Source: Candidatus Nomurabacteria bacterium RIFCSPHIGHO2_02_40_30
GTDB lineage: Bacteria; Patescibacteriota; Minisyncoccia; Phycocordibacterales; UBA9973
Direction: 5' to 3'
DNA length: 64,000 bases
Assembly (NCBI GenBank): GCA_001785445.1
Contig: MFTV01000010.1
Location: 101,566 to 165,565 of the forward strand
Shown here piece after piece: positions 48,358 through 57,891 of the stretch (the first letter of the stretch is position 1; each line of letters opens with the position of its first letter). The position numbers and the translations under genes were made by a program. The notes under the pieces were generated by a model, which worked only from the letters and a program-made list of their open reading frames with translations, ran no database searches and had not been told where the DNA came from.

Positions 48358-48825
48358 TTAGGACACACTTATTATTTTATAATTAACTAGTCCGTTAGGA
48401 GTTTTAAAAGATATTTTATCACCTTTTCTCCTGCCAAAAAGCGCTTCGCCAAACGGAGACCGGTTAGAAATTTTACCTTCGGCCATGCTAGCCTCTTCAG
48501 AGCCTACGATAGTATAAGTTTTTGTTTCCTTACTTCTCTCTTTTTGCACGACTACTTTAGAACCAACCTCTACCACTTCCCCACCTCCGCCACTCACCGT
48601 CTGTGAAGACTGCAAAATTTGTTCTATTTTTGTAATTCTCTCTTCGAGCTTGCCCTGATCTTCGCGAGTCTGATGATATTCCGCATTTTCCGACAAGTCA
48701 CCCAATGATTTCGCGTACTCCAAAGCTTCCAAAATTTCTTTTCTTTTCGGTCCTTTTAATTCTTTCAGCTCTATTTCCAACGCATGCCTTTTCTCTTTAG
48801 TTATATAGTCTCCCGCTTGCTGCAT
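48358..48825 (-). CDS. greA: Transcription elongation factor GreA
   Basis: An N-terminal coiled coil with LSENAEYHQ and a C-terminal FKBP-like domain are present. Confidence 0.85.
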   Translation of the reverse strand: MQQAGDYITKEKRHALEIELKELKGPKRKEILEALEYAKSLGDLSENAEYHQTREDQGKLEERITKIEQILQSSQTVSGGGGEVVEVGSKVVVQKERSKETKTYTIVGSEEASMAEGKISNRSPFGEALFGRRKGDKISFKTPNGLVNYKIISVS

Positions 48826-48862
48826 AATCTTATAATCTTATATTTTTTTAGCCAAAAGTCAA

Positions 48863-50044
48863 TTAAATTGAGCGTAAAATACCATTTTTGCCTATTAAAA
48901 TTTCACGTGGCAGTTCTCTGCTATTGTAGCGTGAAGCCATTACATAGCCATAAGCACCTGAATTTTTAATAGCCAGAACATCTCCGACCTTTGGTTTGCT
49001 GATCTTTCTGTCTCTGCCGAAAACATCTCCGGATTCACATATATTTCCGGCTACATCAACTTTTATAATTGCTCCTTTAATTTTGTTTGCATTTATGATT
49101 TCGTGATGAGAACCATACATGGCAGGACGAAGTAAATGATTAAAGCCTGTGTTTATTCCTACAAAAGTACGTTTTGGATTTGTTTTTATCTCGGTAACAT
49201 TGGCCAATAAGGTTCCTGCTTCAGCAACCAAGAATCTTCCGGGCTCTAGAATCATATTCAACTCTCGGCCGTATATTTTGGAAAAATTATTCATTTTTCT
49301 TGTCATTTCTTGTCCTAATAATTTTAAATTTAAATTTTTATCTTTCGGTAAATAAGGAATACCTAATCCCCCGCCGAAATCCAACGATTCCAGTTCGGAA
49401 AAATCTTTTGCCGTCTCAAGCAACTTATCGAAGGCTTTTAGTAAAATTTTACTATCCAGAACATTGGAACCAATATGCTGATGCAAGCTGACAATTTGTA
49501 ATTTATATTTTTTCGCCAATTTTTTAGCTTGTGACAAGTGTTCGAGAGGAATTCCAAACTTGCTCATAACTCCTCCGGTAATGACATGGCTATGGTGCCC
49601 AGCACCGATACCTTGATTTATGCGTATACCGATTTTGCCATTTGGATTCAACTTTCCATACAGCTCAATTTGTGACAAAGAATCCAGATTAACTTTAATG
49701 TTATTTTTTATCACAAAAACCATTTCTTCTTCGGTTACCGAACTCGAAGTATATAAAATATCTTTAGATTTAAAACCGACCTTCAGTGCTGAAGTTATTT
49801 CTCCCCTACTCACTGTTTCTATCTTTGCTCCCAAGTGTAGTAATAACTTCAAAATAGAAATATTTGTGTTTGCTTTGCAGGCATAGTGTATATGAAACTT
49901 GTGATATAGCATATTTTTTATTAATTCCAAATACCTTTGCCTGATAACATCAGCTTCGTAAACATATAAAGGTGTGCCAAATTTTTTGGCCAACGTAGTG
50001 GAAGAATACTTTCCAAAATATAATTTATTATTCTTAGTATGCAT
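48863..50044 (-). CDS. lysA: Diaminopimelate decarboxylase
   Basis: This is a fold III PLP decarboxylase: HIHYACKANTN (PLP-Lys), GGGLGIPY and EPGRFLVAEAG are present. Confidence 0.85.
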   Translation of the reverse strand: MHTKNNKLYFGKYSSTTLAKKFGTPLYVYEADVIRQRYLELIKNMLYHKFHIHYACKANTNISILKLLLHLGAKIETVSRGEITSALKVGFKSKDILYTSSSVTEEEMVFVIKNNIKVNLDSLSQIELYGKLNPNGKIGIRINQGIGAGHHSHVITGGVMSKFGIPLEHLSQAKKLAKKYKLQIVSLHQHIGSNVLDSKILLKAFDKLLETAKDFSELESLDFGGGLGIPYLPKDKNLNLKLLGQEMTRKMNNFSKIYGRELNMILEPGRFLVAEAGTLLANVTEIKTNPKRTFVGINTGFNHLLRPAMYGSHHEIINANKIKGAIIKVDVAGNICESGDVFGRDRKISKPKVGDVLAIKNSGAYGYVMASRYNSRELPREILIGKNGILRSI

Positions 50045-50139
50045 ACTGCAAATATATCAGCCTTGTTTGTGAAAGTTAATTTTTTTAACGTTTATGTAAT
50101 AAATTAGACTTTTTGTAAAATCTGTGATATTATTAAACA

Positions 50140-50799
50140 ATGATAAAAATTCAGCCTATTGTAAGGAATATAGTTATGAGTGAGCTCGAAGCCTATGTGG
50201 CATTAACCAACGGCTACATGAATATGAGCAGTTATGCGCACAGAATACGTCCCCTAGTGGAAGAACATGCCAAAAAACAAGTAACCATTACCAGCCTCGT
50301 AGTTTCCTTATCGCGCCTGCGTAAAGAGTTTAAAAAAGAAAAGCCACTTATTCAAGAAGTTGTCATCGCTAATATCACTACCAAGCTGCCGCTGACAGAC
50401 ATTGTGTATGAAAATACTGACAGCATAATTAGCAAACTCGAGTCCTTTCATAAAAAAATTTCTATTTCACGTGAAGATTTTTTCACTACCACTATAAGTA
50501 CCACTGAACTCAATATTATTTGTTCATCGAACATTGCTGGCAAGGTATTAAAACATTTCGGCATCAAGCCAAAGTTCACTGCGCAGAATCTGGCGGCAGT
50601 CGGCATCTCATTCAGTGAAAAACAATTCACTATTCCAAATACACTTTTTTCTTTATATTCCGTCATCGCCCGAGCGCGTATCAACATCATTGAAGTGGTC
50701 TCGACATATACAGAACTAATTTTCATCATCGAAGAAAAAAACTTCAGCCAAACCGTAGCCCTATTTTCCGAACTGCACCGGAAAGTAAACAGAGAATAA
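50140..50799 (+). CDS. Stand-alone tandem ACT-domain protein related to the aspartokinase regulatory (beta) region, paralog 1
   Basis: The C-terminal AAVGISF...ARARINIIEVVSTYTELIFIIEEKNFSQTVALFSELH matches the aspartokinase ACT2 pattern (VSVVG..GVAARMF..INIEMISTSEI.IS..I...AV.ALHEAF). It is ~60% identical to the ORF at 56572-57237. Confidence 0.5.
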   Translation: MIKIQPIVRNIVMSELEAYVALTNGYMNMSSYAHRIRPLVEEHAKKQVTITSLVVSLSRLRKEFKKEKPLIQEVVIANITTKLPLTDIVYENTDSIISKLESFHKKISISREDFFTTTISTTELNIICSSNIAGKVLKHFGIKPKFTAQNLAAVGISFSEKQFTIPNTLFSLYSVIARARINIIEVVSTYTELIFIIEEKNFSQTVALFSELHRKVNRE

Positions 50800-50839
50800 A
50801 ATCTACCATCTCGAACATATGTAAAAGATAGTAGATAGT

Positions 50840-50869
50840 TGTGAATTTACGCATATGCGTGATTTCACA
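50840..50869. repeat. Palindromic site TGTGAA-N3-ACGCATATGCGT-N3-TTCACA between convergent genes
   Basis: A 12-bp perfect inner palindrome is flanked by TGTGAA/TTCACA half-sites. There is no adjacent T-run on either strand. Confidence 0.5.
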
Positions 50870-50945
50870 ACAAAAATGTTTAAGTATTACTAATACAATA
50901 GCAACGGCCGTGGTTATTGTGATAATAACAATAATATTAAATTAA

Positions 50946-51740
50946 TTAGACCACTTCCACTATACCGCTGAAAACGGACACGGCGGGGCCGCGCATGATT
51001 ATGTCGCCTTGTTCGTTTTCAGACATATATAATTTTCCGCCCGGTAATTCTATGATGAGTTCTACATCAGCGTTTTTATATTTCCTAGCTGCCGCGTACA
51101 CTGCGCAGGCTCCTGTACCACAGGCAAGAGTCGCCCCGCATCCCCTCTCCCAGACTTTTACTTTAAATTCGTTAGAACTTTTTTGCTCCACAAACTCAAC
51201 ATTTATTTTATTTGGAAAAATTTTATTGTTTTCTATCTTAGGACCCAGTGTAGGTAAGTCATATTTGTCCAAATCTTTTACAAAAGTTATGGCATGTGGG
51301 TTGCCGACAGAAACAAAATTAAAATCGAATCCTTCTAATTTTGTATTTTTATCCGGAAAATCTGTGTGCACAAAAACAGCTTTCCCCATATTTACCGAAA
51401 AAGTATGGTCATCATTATATTTTATTTCTTTTGTACCTGCGCGTGTATCTATTGTAAATTTAGTTTTATTTTTTGAAAAATTGTCTTTCAAAAATTTTGC
51501 TACACAGCGCACACCGTTTCCGCACATCTCGGCTAGTGTTCCATCAGAATTATAATAATTCATAAAGCAGTCCCCTTTTTCTGAAGATTCAACTAAAATA
51601 ACGCCATCACCTCCTATGCCTTTATTTCTGTCACAGAGAAAAATAATTTGCTCTTTTGATAAAACAATTTTCCCATTTATATTATCAATGACTACAAAGT
51701 CGTTCCCCAGTCCATGCATTTTTGTAAAGCCTATATTCAT
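50946..51740 (-). CDS. dapF: Diaminopimelate epimerase
   Basis: MHGLGNDFVVID and the two catalytic Cys regions (MCGNGVRC, ACGTGACA) are present. Confidence 0.85.
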   Translation of the reverse strand: MNIGFTKMHGLGNDFVVIDNINGKIVLSKEQIIFLCDRNKGIGGDGVILVESSEKGDCFMNYYNSDGTLAEMCGNGVRCVAKFLKDNFSKNKTKFTIDTRAGTKEIKYNDDHTFSVNMGKAVFVHTDFPDKNTKLEGFDFNFVSVGNPHAITFVKDLDKYDLPTLGPKIENNKIFPNKINVEFVEQKSSNEFKVKVWERGCGATLACGTGACAVYAAARKYKNADVELIIELPGGKLYMSENEQGDIIMRGPAVSVFSGIVEVV

Positions 51741-52639
51741 ATATGTATTAAAGTTCCTTCAGATTCTAAGTCCCAAAACGGCCTTACTTGCAGAGGAATT
51801 TTTTTCTCTTTTACTTCCCTTAAAGTTTTCGGATGTACCAAGCCAACAGCATTAAACTCCAAATGTTTTTCAAAATCGTCATAGGTTATAAAATCTATTT
51901 TTTGGACATTTTCATTGCCGGCTAGTTTGGGATTTTTGTCCATAACCCCCGGCACATCTTTCCAAAGAACTACTTTGCTCGCATTCATAAGATTGCCCAG
52001 AATCCCCGCAGTGTAGTCGCTACCCTCGCGTCCCAGAGTCGTCATGCCTTCTTCGCAAAAACCGATAAATCCCTCGGTGACAATGTTTTTATGCGTAATA
52101 AATATTTCTTCTTTTATTTGTACTTTTAGATTTTCATTGGTGGCTTTTTTATCAACATTCGCGATATTAAAATTCGAATCTGTCTTGAGGAAATCAGTCG
52201 CATGGACAAGCTTGTTTTTTATACCAACATGAGAAAGGTATTCGCTGGCAACCAAAGAGCTCAATATTTCCCCATAGGGAACAATTTGGTCATAAATAAA
52301 CTTTTTATCTTCGCCTCGCCCTATTAAATACAGTCTCTCTTGCATCTTTTTAAAAAGATCTTCAATTATGCCGAAGGTCACATGCCCCTCGGGAAAAAGA
52401 TCTCGCGCAATTTCCAAATGAAAAGCTTTTAATTCATGCATTATCTTGCTACTTTCATTGGTGTCTCCACTCGCATAATTATGTAATATTTTTTCTAAGT
52501 TGTTTGTGGTCTTGCCAAAAGCGGAAAATACATTCATGGAATTTCCATGAATGTGCTTCTCGAAAGTTTTCGGCAAATGTCTGATGGCTTTAGCACTACT
52601 CATAATTCCGCCACCAAATTTGTTTATAATTAAGGACAT
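51737..52639 (-). CDS. lysC: Aspartate kinase, catalytic domain only (no ACT domains)
   Basis: The amino-acid-kinase fold is present: INKFGGG, GREGSDYTA and VVLWKDVPGVMDKNP. It ends at ...GTLIHI where the ACT region normally begins. Start is placed at the Met of MSLIINKFGGG. Confidence 0.7.
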   Translation of the reverse strand: MSLIINKFGGGIMSSAKAIRHLPKTFEKHIHGNSMNVFSAFGKTTNNLEKILHNYASGDTNESSKIMHELKAFHLEIARDLFPEGHVTFGIIEDLFKKMQERLYLIGRGEDKKFIYDQIVPYGEILSSLVASEYLSHVGIKNKLVHATDFLKTDSNFNIANVDKKATNENLKVQIKEEIFITHKNIVTEGFIGFCEEGMTTLGREGSDYTAGILGNLMNASKVVLWKDVPGVMDKNPKLAGNENVQKIDFITYDDFEKHLEFNAVGLVHPKTLREVKEKKIPLQVRPFWDLESEGTLIHI

Positions 52640-52643
52640 AATT

Positions 52644-53651
52644 TTATATAAGGTTATTATTACACAAGTACTCGGCAATCTGCACTGCATTCGTGGCAGC
52701 GCCTTTGCGCAGATTGTCCGCCACGATCCACATATTTAGGGTTTTAGGATTTGATTCGTCACGGCGGAGCCTGCCGACAAAAACTTCATCCTTTCCTTCT
52801 GCATATATGGGCATGGGATATTTTAAATTCTGCACATCGTCTACAACCACAACTCCAGGCATTTCGGAAAGTAATGACCTTACTTTTTCCAGATCATATT
52901 CTTCTTTGAACTCCACATTCACTGACTCCGAATGCCCGCCGATAACTGGAATCCGAACAGCAGTGGTAGTTATACATATGCTTTCATCACCTAAAATTTT
53001 TCTGGTTTCATTTTCCATTTTCATTTCTTCTTTGGTGTAGCCGTTTGGAAGAAAAATGTCAACTTGGGGAATTAAATTTAAGTCAATCGGGTAGGCATAC
53101 GCCATCTCACCCTCTACTCCTCTCCTTTCATTCATGAGCTGGTCCACTGCGCCTTTCCCTGTACCGGTAACTGACTGATAGGTGGAGACAACTATTCTTT
53201 TTATTCCAAACTCTTTATGGAGCGGATAAAGCGCGAGAACCAATTGCGTCGTCGAACAATTCGGTTTGGCAATAATTTTGTCTTCTTTGGTTAAAATACT
53301 GCCATTTACCTCAGGTATTATAATTTTTTTAGAAGGATCCAGCCTCCACGCCGAAGAACTATCAATCACTATTGCGCCAGCTTCCACGAAAAATGGAGCC
53401 CACTCCAGAGATACTGCCGAACCAGCGGAAAAAAAAGCGATGTCCGGCTTCCCTGCTAGCGCATCTTCGATGGAGATGATTTTATGCGACACTCCGTTAA
53501 AAGTTATTTCTTTGCCAACTGATTTTTGGCTTGCTATTGGAAGCAACTCTGAAACAGGAAAATTTCTTTCTTCCAAGATTTTTAGTATAGTCCTGCCGAC
53601 AAGACCGGACGCTCCAATTATTGCAACTTTTTTCTTATTATTATTTAGCAT
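52644..53651 (-). CDS. asd: Aspartate-semialdehyde dehydrogenase
   Basis: KVAIIGASGLVGRTILKIL and the catalytic Cys region NCSTTQLV are present. Confidence 0.9.
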   Translation of the reverse strand: MLNNNKKKVAIIGASGLVGRTILKILEERNFPVSELLPIASQKSVGKEITFNGVSHKIISIEDALAGKPDIAFFSAGSAVSLEWAPFFVEAGAIVIDSSSAWRLDPSKKIIIPEVNGSILTKEDKIIAKPNCSTTQLVLALYPLHKEFGIKRIVVSTYQSVTGTGKGAVDQLMNERRGVEGEMAYAYPIDLNLIPQVDIFLPNGYTKEEMKMENETRKILGDESICITTTAVRIPVIGGHSESVNVEFKEEYDLEKVRSLLSEMPGVVVVDDVQNLKYPMPIYAEGKDEVFVGRLRRDESNPKTLNMWIVADNLRKGAATNAVQIAEYLCNNNLI

Positions 53652-54883
53652 TATAATTTTAAATTCTTTTGTATACTTTTAACCGCTTTTATTATATTTT
53701 CTCTGTGCCCGAAAGCAGTCAAACGCAAATAGCTCTCCCCTTCGGAGCCAAAACCAGAGCCGGGCGTACCCACAACATATGCTTCTTCCAATAATTTGTT
53801 AAAAAACTGCAAAGAACTTAAATTACGCGGAGTTTTAACCCAGATATATGGCGCATGTTCTCCGCCAAAAACTTTCAAGCCAAGTTTCTGTAAAGCTTTC
53901 TTTATGAGCATCGCATTTTTCATATAGTAACCAACTAAATTTTTACTTTCTTTTTGACCGGCAGGTGATAAAACCGCCAAGGCGCCTTCTTGAGATATAT
54001 TAGACGCTCCATTGAACATAGTGCCCTGCCGTCTGCTCCACAAACCGTTAACTATGCCTTTTTTTGTCTTTTCAATAACTAAATCCATCGGCACTACCGT
54101 CCACCCTAATCGCACACCCGTAAACCCCGCCCACTTGGAAAAACTATTAACTTCTATGGCGCACTTTTTGGCTCCGGGTATTTCGTAGATGCTTTTTGGT
54201 AAAGATTTGTTTGATATGTATTCGACGTAAGTGGCATCGAAAATTATTACCGCTTTGTTCTTTAGAGCATAATCTACAAAAGCTTTTAATTGCTTTCTTG
54301 TAGCGGCAGAGCCGGTAGGGTTATTGGGATTACAAAGATAAATTATATCCACTTTTTGTTTTGGAGGGTTTGGCACAAAATTATTTTTTTCATTACATGC
54401 CATATACACCAGGCCTTGATATTTTCCGTTGACGCATTTTCCAGTCCTACCTGATATAACCGCAGTATCTAAATATGCCGGATACACAGGGTCCGAAATT
54501 GCTACGACATTATTCAAACTAAATATTGACTGTATATTTGCCAAGTCTGTTTTGGCTCCATCATTGATAAAAATTTCTTGCATCCTCAAGCTAATGTTTC
54601 TTTTTTTATAAAAATTCACCAACGCAGTTAATAGTCTCAAATTCCCCTCTTTGCCTTCGGCGTCTTGGTAGCCTATATATGTTTTAACGTTCCCAAGCCT
54701 TTTTACTCCTTCGTGCAATCCTTTAATGACGGTAGGAGTTAAAGGCTCTGTGGTATCACCAACTCCGAGCTTTAGAACCTCTACACTGGGATTTTTTTTC
54801 ATAAACTCCTGCGTCAGTTTGGAAACCTCGCCAAATAAATATCCTTTTTGCAATTTATTGTAATTTTTATTAATGGTGGCCAT
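53651..54883 (-). CDS. dapL: LL-diaminopimelate aminotransferase
   Basis: A class I aminotransferase with the DapL-like N-terminus NKNYNKLQKGYLFGEV...LKLGVGDTTEPL and a PLP-Lys region SFSKWAGFTGVRLG. It sits in a dap cluster that lacks dapD/dapC/dapE. Confidence 0.7.
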   Translation of the reverse strand: MATINKNYNKLQKGYLFGEVSKLTQEFMKKNPSVEVLKLGVGDTTEPLTPTVIKGLHEGVKRLGNVKTYIGYQDAEGKEGNLRLLTALVNFYKKRNISLRMQEIFINDGAKTDLANIQSIFSLNNVVAISDPVYPAYLDTAVISGRTGKCVNGKYQGLVYMACNEKNNFVPNPPKQKVDIIYLCNPNNPTGSAATRKQLKAFVDYALKNKAVIIFDATYVEYISNKSLPKSIYEIPGAKKCAIEVNSFSKWAGFTGVRLGWTVVPMDLVIEKTKKGIVNGLWSRRQGTMFNGASNISQEGALAVLSPAGQKESKNLVGYYMKNAMLIKKALQKLGLKVFGGEHAPYIWVKTPRNLSSLQFFNKLLEEAYVVGTPGSGFGSEGESYLRLTAFGHRENIIKAVKSIQKNLKL

Positions 54884-54885
54884 TA

Positions 54886-55821
54886 TTATTTTATCAACTT
54901 TAACTCTTTCAAGACTTTCTCTATGATAGGCCTATTTTTTTCTTCGATAAAAGTTAACGGCAATCTGAAACTTTCTGTGATAAGCCCCATTTGGGCCAGA
55001 GCCGTCTTTACCGGAATGGGATTAGACTCGATAAAGTTAACATTCATCAAGTCAAGAAGTTTATAGTGTAATTTCTTTGCTTCTTCTAATTTACCTTTGA
55101 GAGCGCAGTGAATCATGTCAGAAAATAATTTTGGGGTCTCGTTACAGACCACAGAAATACAGCCTTTGCCTCCAAGAGCAATAAGAGGCAATGCCAAGGC
55201 ATCATCACCAGATAGAACGACAAAGTTTTTAAGATTTTTGGAACCGTTTTTTGCTTCGTTTATAATTTCCATCATCTGGTTTAATGAACCGGAGGCTTCT
55301 TTGACTGCTACAACTTTTGGCACTTCTCGCGCTATTTTGATAATAGCTCCCGGCTGTATATTAGAACCGGTTCTCCCGGGAACATTGTAAATAATGATAG
55401 GCAGATTCACAGCTTTTGAGATTGCTTTAAAGTGAAGCACCAGACCGGCAGGAGTCGGCTTGTTGTAGTAAGGCGTTACGTGAAGCAGACCGTCCACTCC
55501 GGCGGACTTGGCCAGCTTAGAAAAGTGAATCGCTTTTTTAGTATCATTGGAACCGGCTCCGGCAATGACCGGAATTCTTCCTGCAACTTTTTTTACTACT
55601 GTTTTTACAACAGTAATATATTCTTCATCGTTGAGCGTAGCTGCTTCTCCAGTGGAGCCGGCAACCACAATGCCATCCACTCCGCCTTTGAGCTGATATT
55701 CAACCAACTTCTCCAATGCCGGTAAATCCAAATCTCCATTTTTCTTAAATGGTGTGACTATTGCCGGAATTGAGCCAAAAAATTTTATTTTTTTCATTTT
55801 ATATTTTGAATAAATGTTCAA
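54886..55821 (-). CDS. dapA: 4-hydroxy-tetrahydrodipicolinate synthase
   Basis: AIVTPFKKNGDLDL ... GVDGIVVAGSTGE and the Schiff-base Lys region are present. Confidence 0.9.
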   Translation of the reverse strand: MNIYSKYKMKKIKFFGSIPAIVTPFKKNGDLDLPALEKLVEYQLKGGVDGIVVAGSTGEAATLNDEEYITVVKTVVKKVAGRIPVIAGAGSNDTKKAIHFSKLAKSAGVDGLLHVTPYYNKPTPAGLVLHFKAISKAVNLPIIIYNVPGRTGSNIQPGAIIKIAREVPKVVAVKEASGSLNQMMEIINEAKNGSKNLKNFVVLSGDDALALPLIALGGKGCISVVCNETPKLFSDMIHCALKGKLEEAKKLHYKLLDLMNVNFIESNPIPVKTALAQMGLITESFRLPLTFIEEKNRPIIEKVLKELKLIK

Positions 55822-56476
55822 AAGGATACATCCCTTTTTTGTTACTAATAAATTTGGTAGCTAATAATGCCCCTTTGGCAAATCCCATTCTACTGTATGC
55901 TTGATGAGAAAATGTGATGCCATCAGCGACGCTGTCGAACACCACTTCGTGGAAACCTGGGTTTCTGCCCGCACGAATTGAAGTAAAGTTTAATCCATTG
56001 ACTTTGCTCGCAATTTTCAAGGCAGTACCGGAAGGACTGTCGAGCTTGGCTTTGTGGTGAACTTCCAGCCCATACACATCATAATCCGGAAATTTAGCAA
56101 AAAGCGAAGAGGCAAAATCCATTATCTTGAAAAATATATTTACTCCCACCGAAAAATTCGGACTGTAGACTAAACCTATTTTATTTTTGCTGACTAATTT
56201 TTTTACGGTATCCATTTTGTCATACCACCCAGTGGTGCCTATGACCATATTCACGCCGAGCTTTCCTACTTGCTCTATATTCTTTATAACCACATCCGGT
56301 GAAGTAAAGTCTATGGCAACATCTGCTTTTTTAATACCTTCTACGTCCAGCTTGTCATTTATATTTTTATAACTCACTGAAACCACTTCAAAATCTCGAG
56401 AATCTTCACATAGAGCATTCACTTCTTTACCCATTTTTCCAAAGCCAATTAAGGCAATTTTTATTCTACTTTTCAT
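55799..56476 (-). CDS. dapB: 4-hydroxy-tetrahydrodipicolinate reductase (short form)
   Basis: KIALIGFGKMGKEV (Rossmann fold) and EVHHKAKLDSPSGTA are present. Confidence 0.85.
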   Translation of the reverse strand: MKSRIKIALIGFGKMGKEVNALCEDSRDFEVVSVSYKNINDKLDVEGIKKADVAIDFTSPDVVIKNIEQVGKLGVNMVIGTTGWYDKMDTVKKLVSKNKIGLVYSPNFSVGVNIFFKIMDFASSLFAKFPDYDVYGLEVHHKAKLDSPSGTALKIASKVNGLNFTSIRAGRNPGFHEVVFDSVADGITFSHQAYSRMGFAKGALLATKFISNKKGMYPFEHLFKI

Positions 56477-56536
56477 TTATATATAGGATAACAAGTATAT
56501 TAGTAGAAGTTAAATTTTTTAACATTAACACTGTTA

Positions 56537-56565
56537 TTGCAACTTTTTGTTAAATCTATTAGAAT
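56537..56565 (+). promoter_or_regulatory. Putative sigma70 promoter (TTGCAA, 17 nt, TAGAAT) for ACT paralog 2
   Basis: -35 TTGCAA lies at 56537-42, a 17-nt spacer follows, and -10 TAGAAT lies at 56560-65, 6 nt before the ATG (leaderless geometry). The upstream region is homologous to that of paralog 1 (CTTTTTGTwAAATCT). Confidence 0.45.
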
Positions 56566-56571
56566 ATCAGC

Positions 56572-57237
56572 ATGATAAAAATACAGTCAGCTGTGCGAGA
56601 TATAGTGCTAGAAGAAATAGAGGCTTATTTTGCCCTAACCAACGGCTACATGAATATGAGCAGTTATGCGTACCGGATAAAGTCAAAGGTAGAGTTACTC
56701 ACAAAAAAGCACACAACTATAGCGAGTTTGGTGGTTTCCCTCTCCCGCCTTGCGAAAGAACTGAAAAAAGAGAGACCGCTGATACATAAAGTAGCAATAA
56801 AAAATATTACTACCAAACTTCCACTCACGGAGATAGCTTATGAAAATAGTACCAAATTCATTGAGAAGTTGGAATCATTGCATAAAAATATTTCTGTATC
56901 TGCAGAAGACTTTTTTACTACAACTATTGGCACCACAGAAATCGATATTATTTGCTCGTCTAATCTGGAGGCTAAAATTTTGAAACATTTCACTATGAAA
57001 CCGAAGTGGGTAAACCATAACTTTGCCGCCATCGGAGTTTCTTACGGTCCGGAAGTTTTCGGCACTCCAAATGTTTTTTTCTCCCTTCTCTCGGTAACTG
57101 CTCGCGCCCGCATCAACATAGAAGAGCTGGTCTCCACGCCCACCGAGCTCATCTTCATCGTGGCCGAAGCTGACTTCGGCAGAACCGTGGCTCTGTTTTC
57201 AGAGTTGCACAGAGAAGTAAACAATGATAACCTATAA
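56572..57237 (+). CDS. Stand-alone tandem ACT-domain protein related to the aspartokinase regulatory region, paralog 2
   Basis: It is ~60% identical to the ORF at 50140-50799. The C-terminal AAIGVSY...ARARINIEELVSTPTELIFIVAEADFGRTVALFSELH is present. Confidence 0.5.
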   Translation: MIKIQSAVRDIVLEEIEAYFALTNGYMNMSSYAYRIKSKVELLTKKHTTIASLVVSLSRLAKELKKERPLIHKVAIKNITTKLPLTEIAYENSTKFIEKLESLHKNISVSAEDFFTTTIGTTEIDIICSSNLEAKILKHFTMKPKWVNHNFAAIGVSYGPEVFGTPNVFFSLLSVTARARINIEELVSTPTELIFIVAEADFGRTVALFSELHREVNNDNL

Positions 57238-57242
57238 TTTAT

Positions 57243-57476
57243 ATGGCAAAAACAGTAATAGAAATTAGGAAGAAACCAAACGAAAACAACGCCAGTATTT
57301 TGCGCCGTTTTTCTCGCAGAATTCAGGAATCCGGAATTATTCGCAACGTGAAAAGCGCTCGCTACAACGTCAGAAAAGAATCCAAACTAAAAGTGAAAAA
57401 CAGCGCCCTAAAAAGAATGGCCAGGAGATATGAAATAGAGAAACTCAAGAAGCTCGGCAAGATGGCAACCAAGTAG
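57243..57476 (+). CDS. rpsU: 30S ribosomal protein S21
   Basis: ILRRFSRRIQESGII ... ALKRMARRYE parallels the S21 pattern ALRRFKR...KRHAKK. The ORF is 77 aa and basic. Confidence 0.7.
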   Translation: MAKTVIEIRKKPNENNASILRRFSRRIQESGIIRNVKSARYNVRKESKLKVKNSALKRMARRYEIEKLKKLGKMATK

Positions 57477-57480
57477 TAAT

Positions 57481-57891
57481 ATGTTTGATAAAGTCAAAAA
57501 TGACATCTTGGGCAAAGATTATGACCTTTCTATAGCATTTGTTAGTGAAAAAAAATCTAGAGAACTAAATAAAAAATGGAGATATAAAGACAAGGCGACT
57601 AATGTCTTGTCTTTCTCTTTACGTAAAGACACGGGGGAGCTTGTGTTATGCAACGCTGTAATTAAAAAGGAAACAAAAAAGTTCGACAAAACTTTTCCGC
57701 AATTAGTCGGTTTTTTAGTTATCCACGGCATGCTTCATTTGAAAGGTATGCGACATAGTAGTACAATGGAGAGAGCAGAAAAAAAATACTGTAAAAAATA
57801 TGGTAAGAAATATTTCAGTAGGAATAGACGTGGGCTCCGGAACGACGAGAGTCGTAGTGGGAGAGTTCGTAAAAGGAGAAAAAAATCCTAA
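57481..57891 (+). CDS. ybeY: rRNA maturation endoribonuclease YbeY
   Basis: The zinc-binding motif HGMLHLKGMRH (HxxxHxxGxxH) is present. The basic C-terminal tail overlaps ftsA by 92 nt. Confidence 0.75.
   Translation: MFDKVKNDILGKDYDLSIAFVSEKKSRELNKKWRYKDKATNVLSFSLRKDTGELVLCNAVIKKETKKFDKTFPQLVGFLVIHGMLHLKGMRHSSTMERAEKKYCKKYGKKYFSRNRRGLRNDESRSGRVRKRRKKS

Noticed and set aside
50800-50945. Lysine riboswitch (L-box) near the dap/lysA genes
   Set aside because: No ~180-nt GC-rich structured leader with L-box features precedes lysA, lysC, asd or dapA. The intergenic regions are short and AT-rich.
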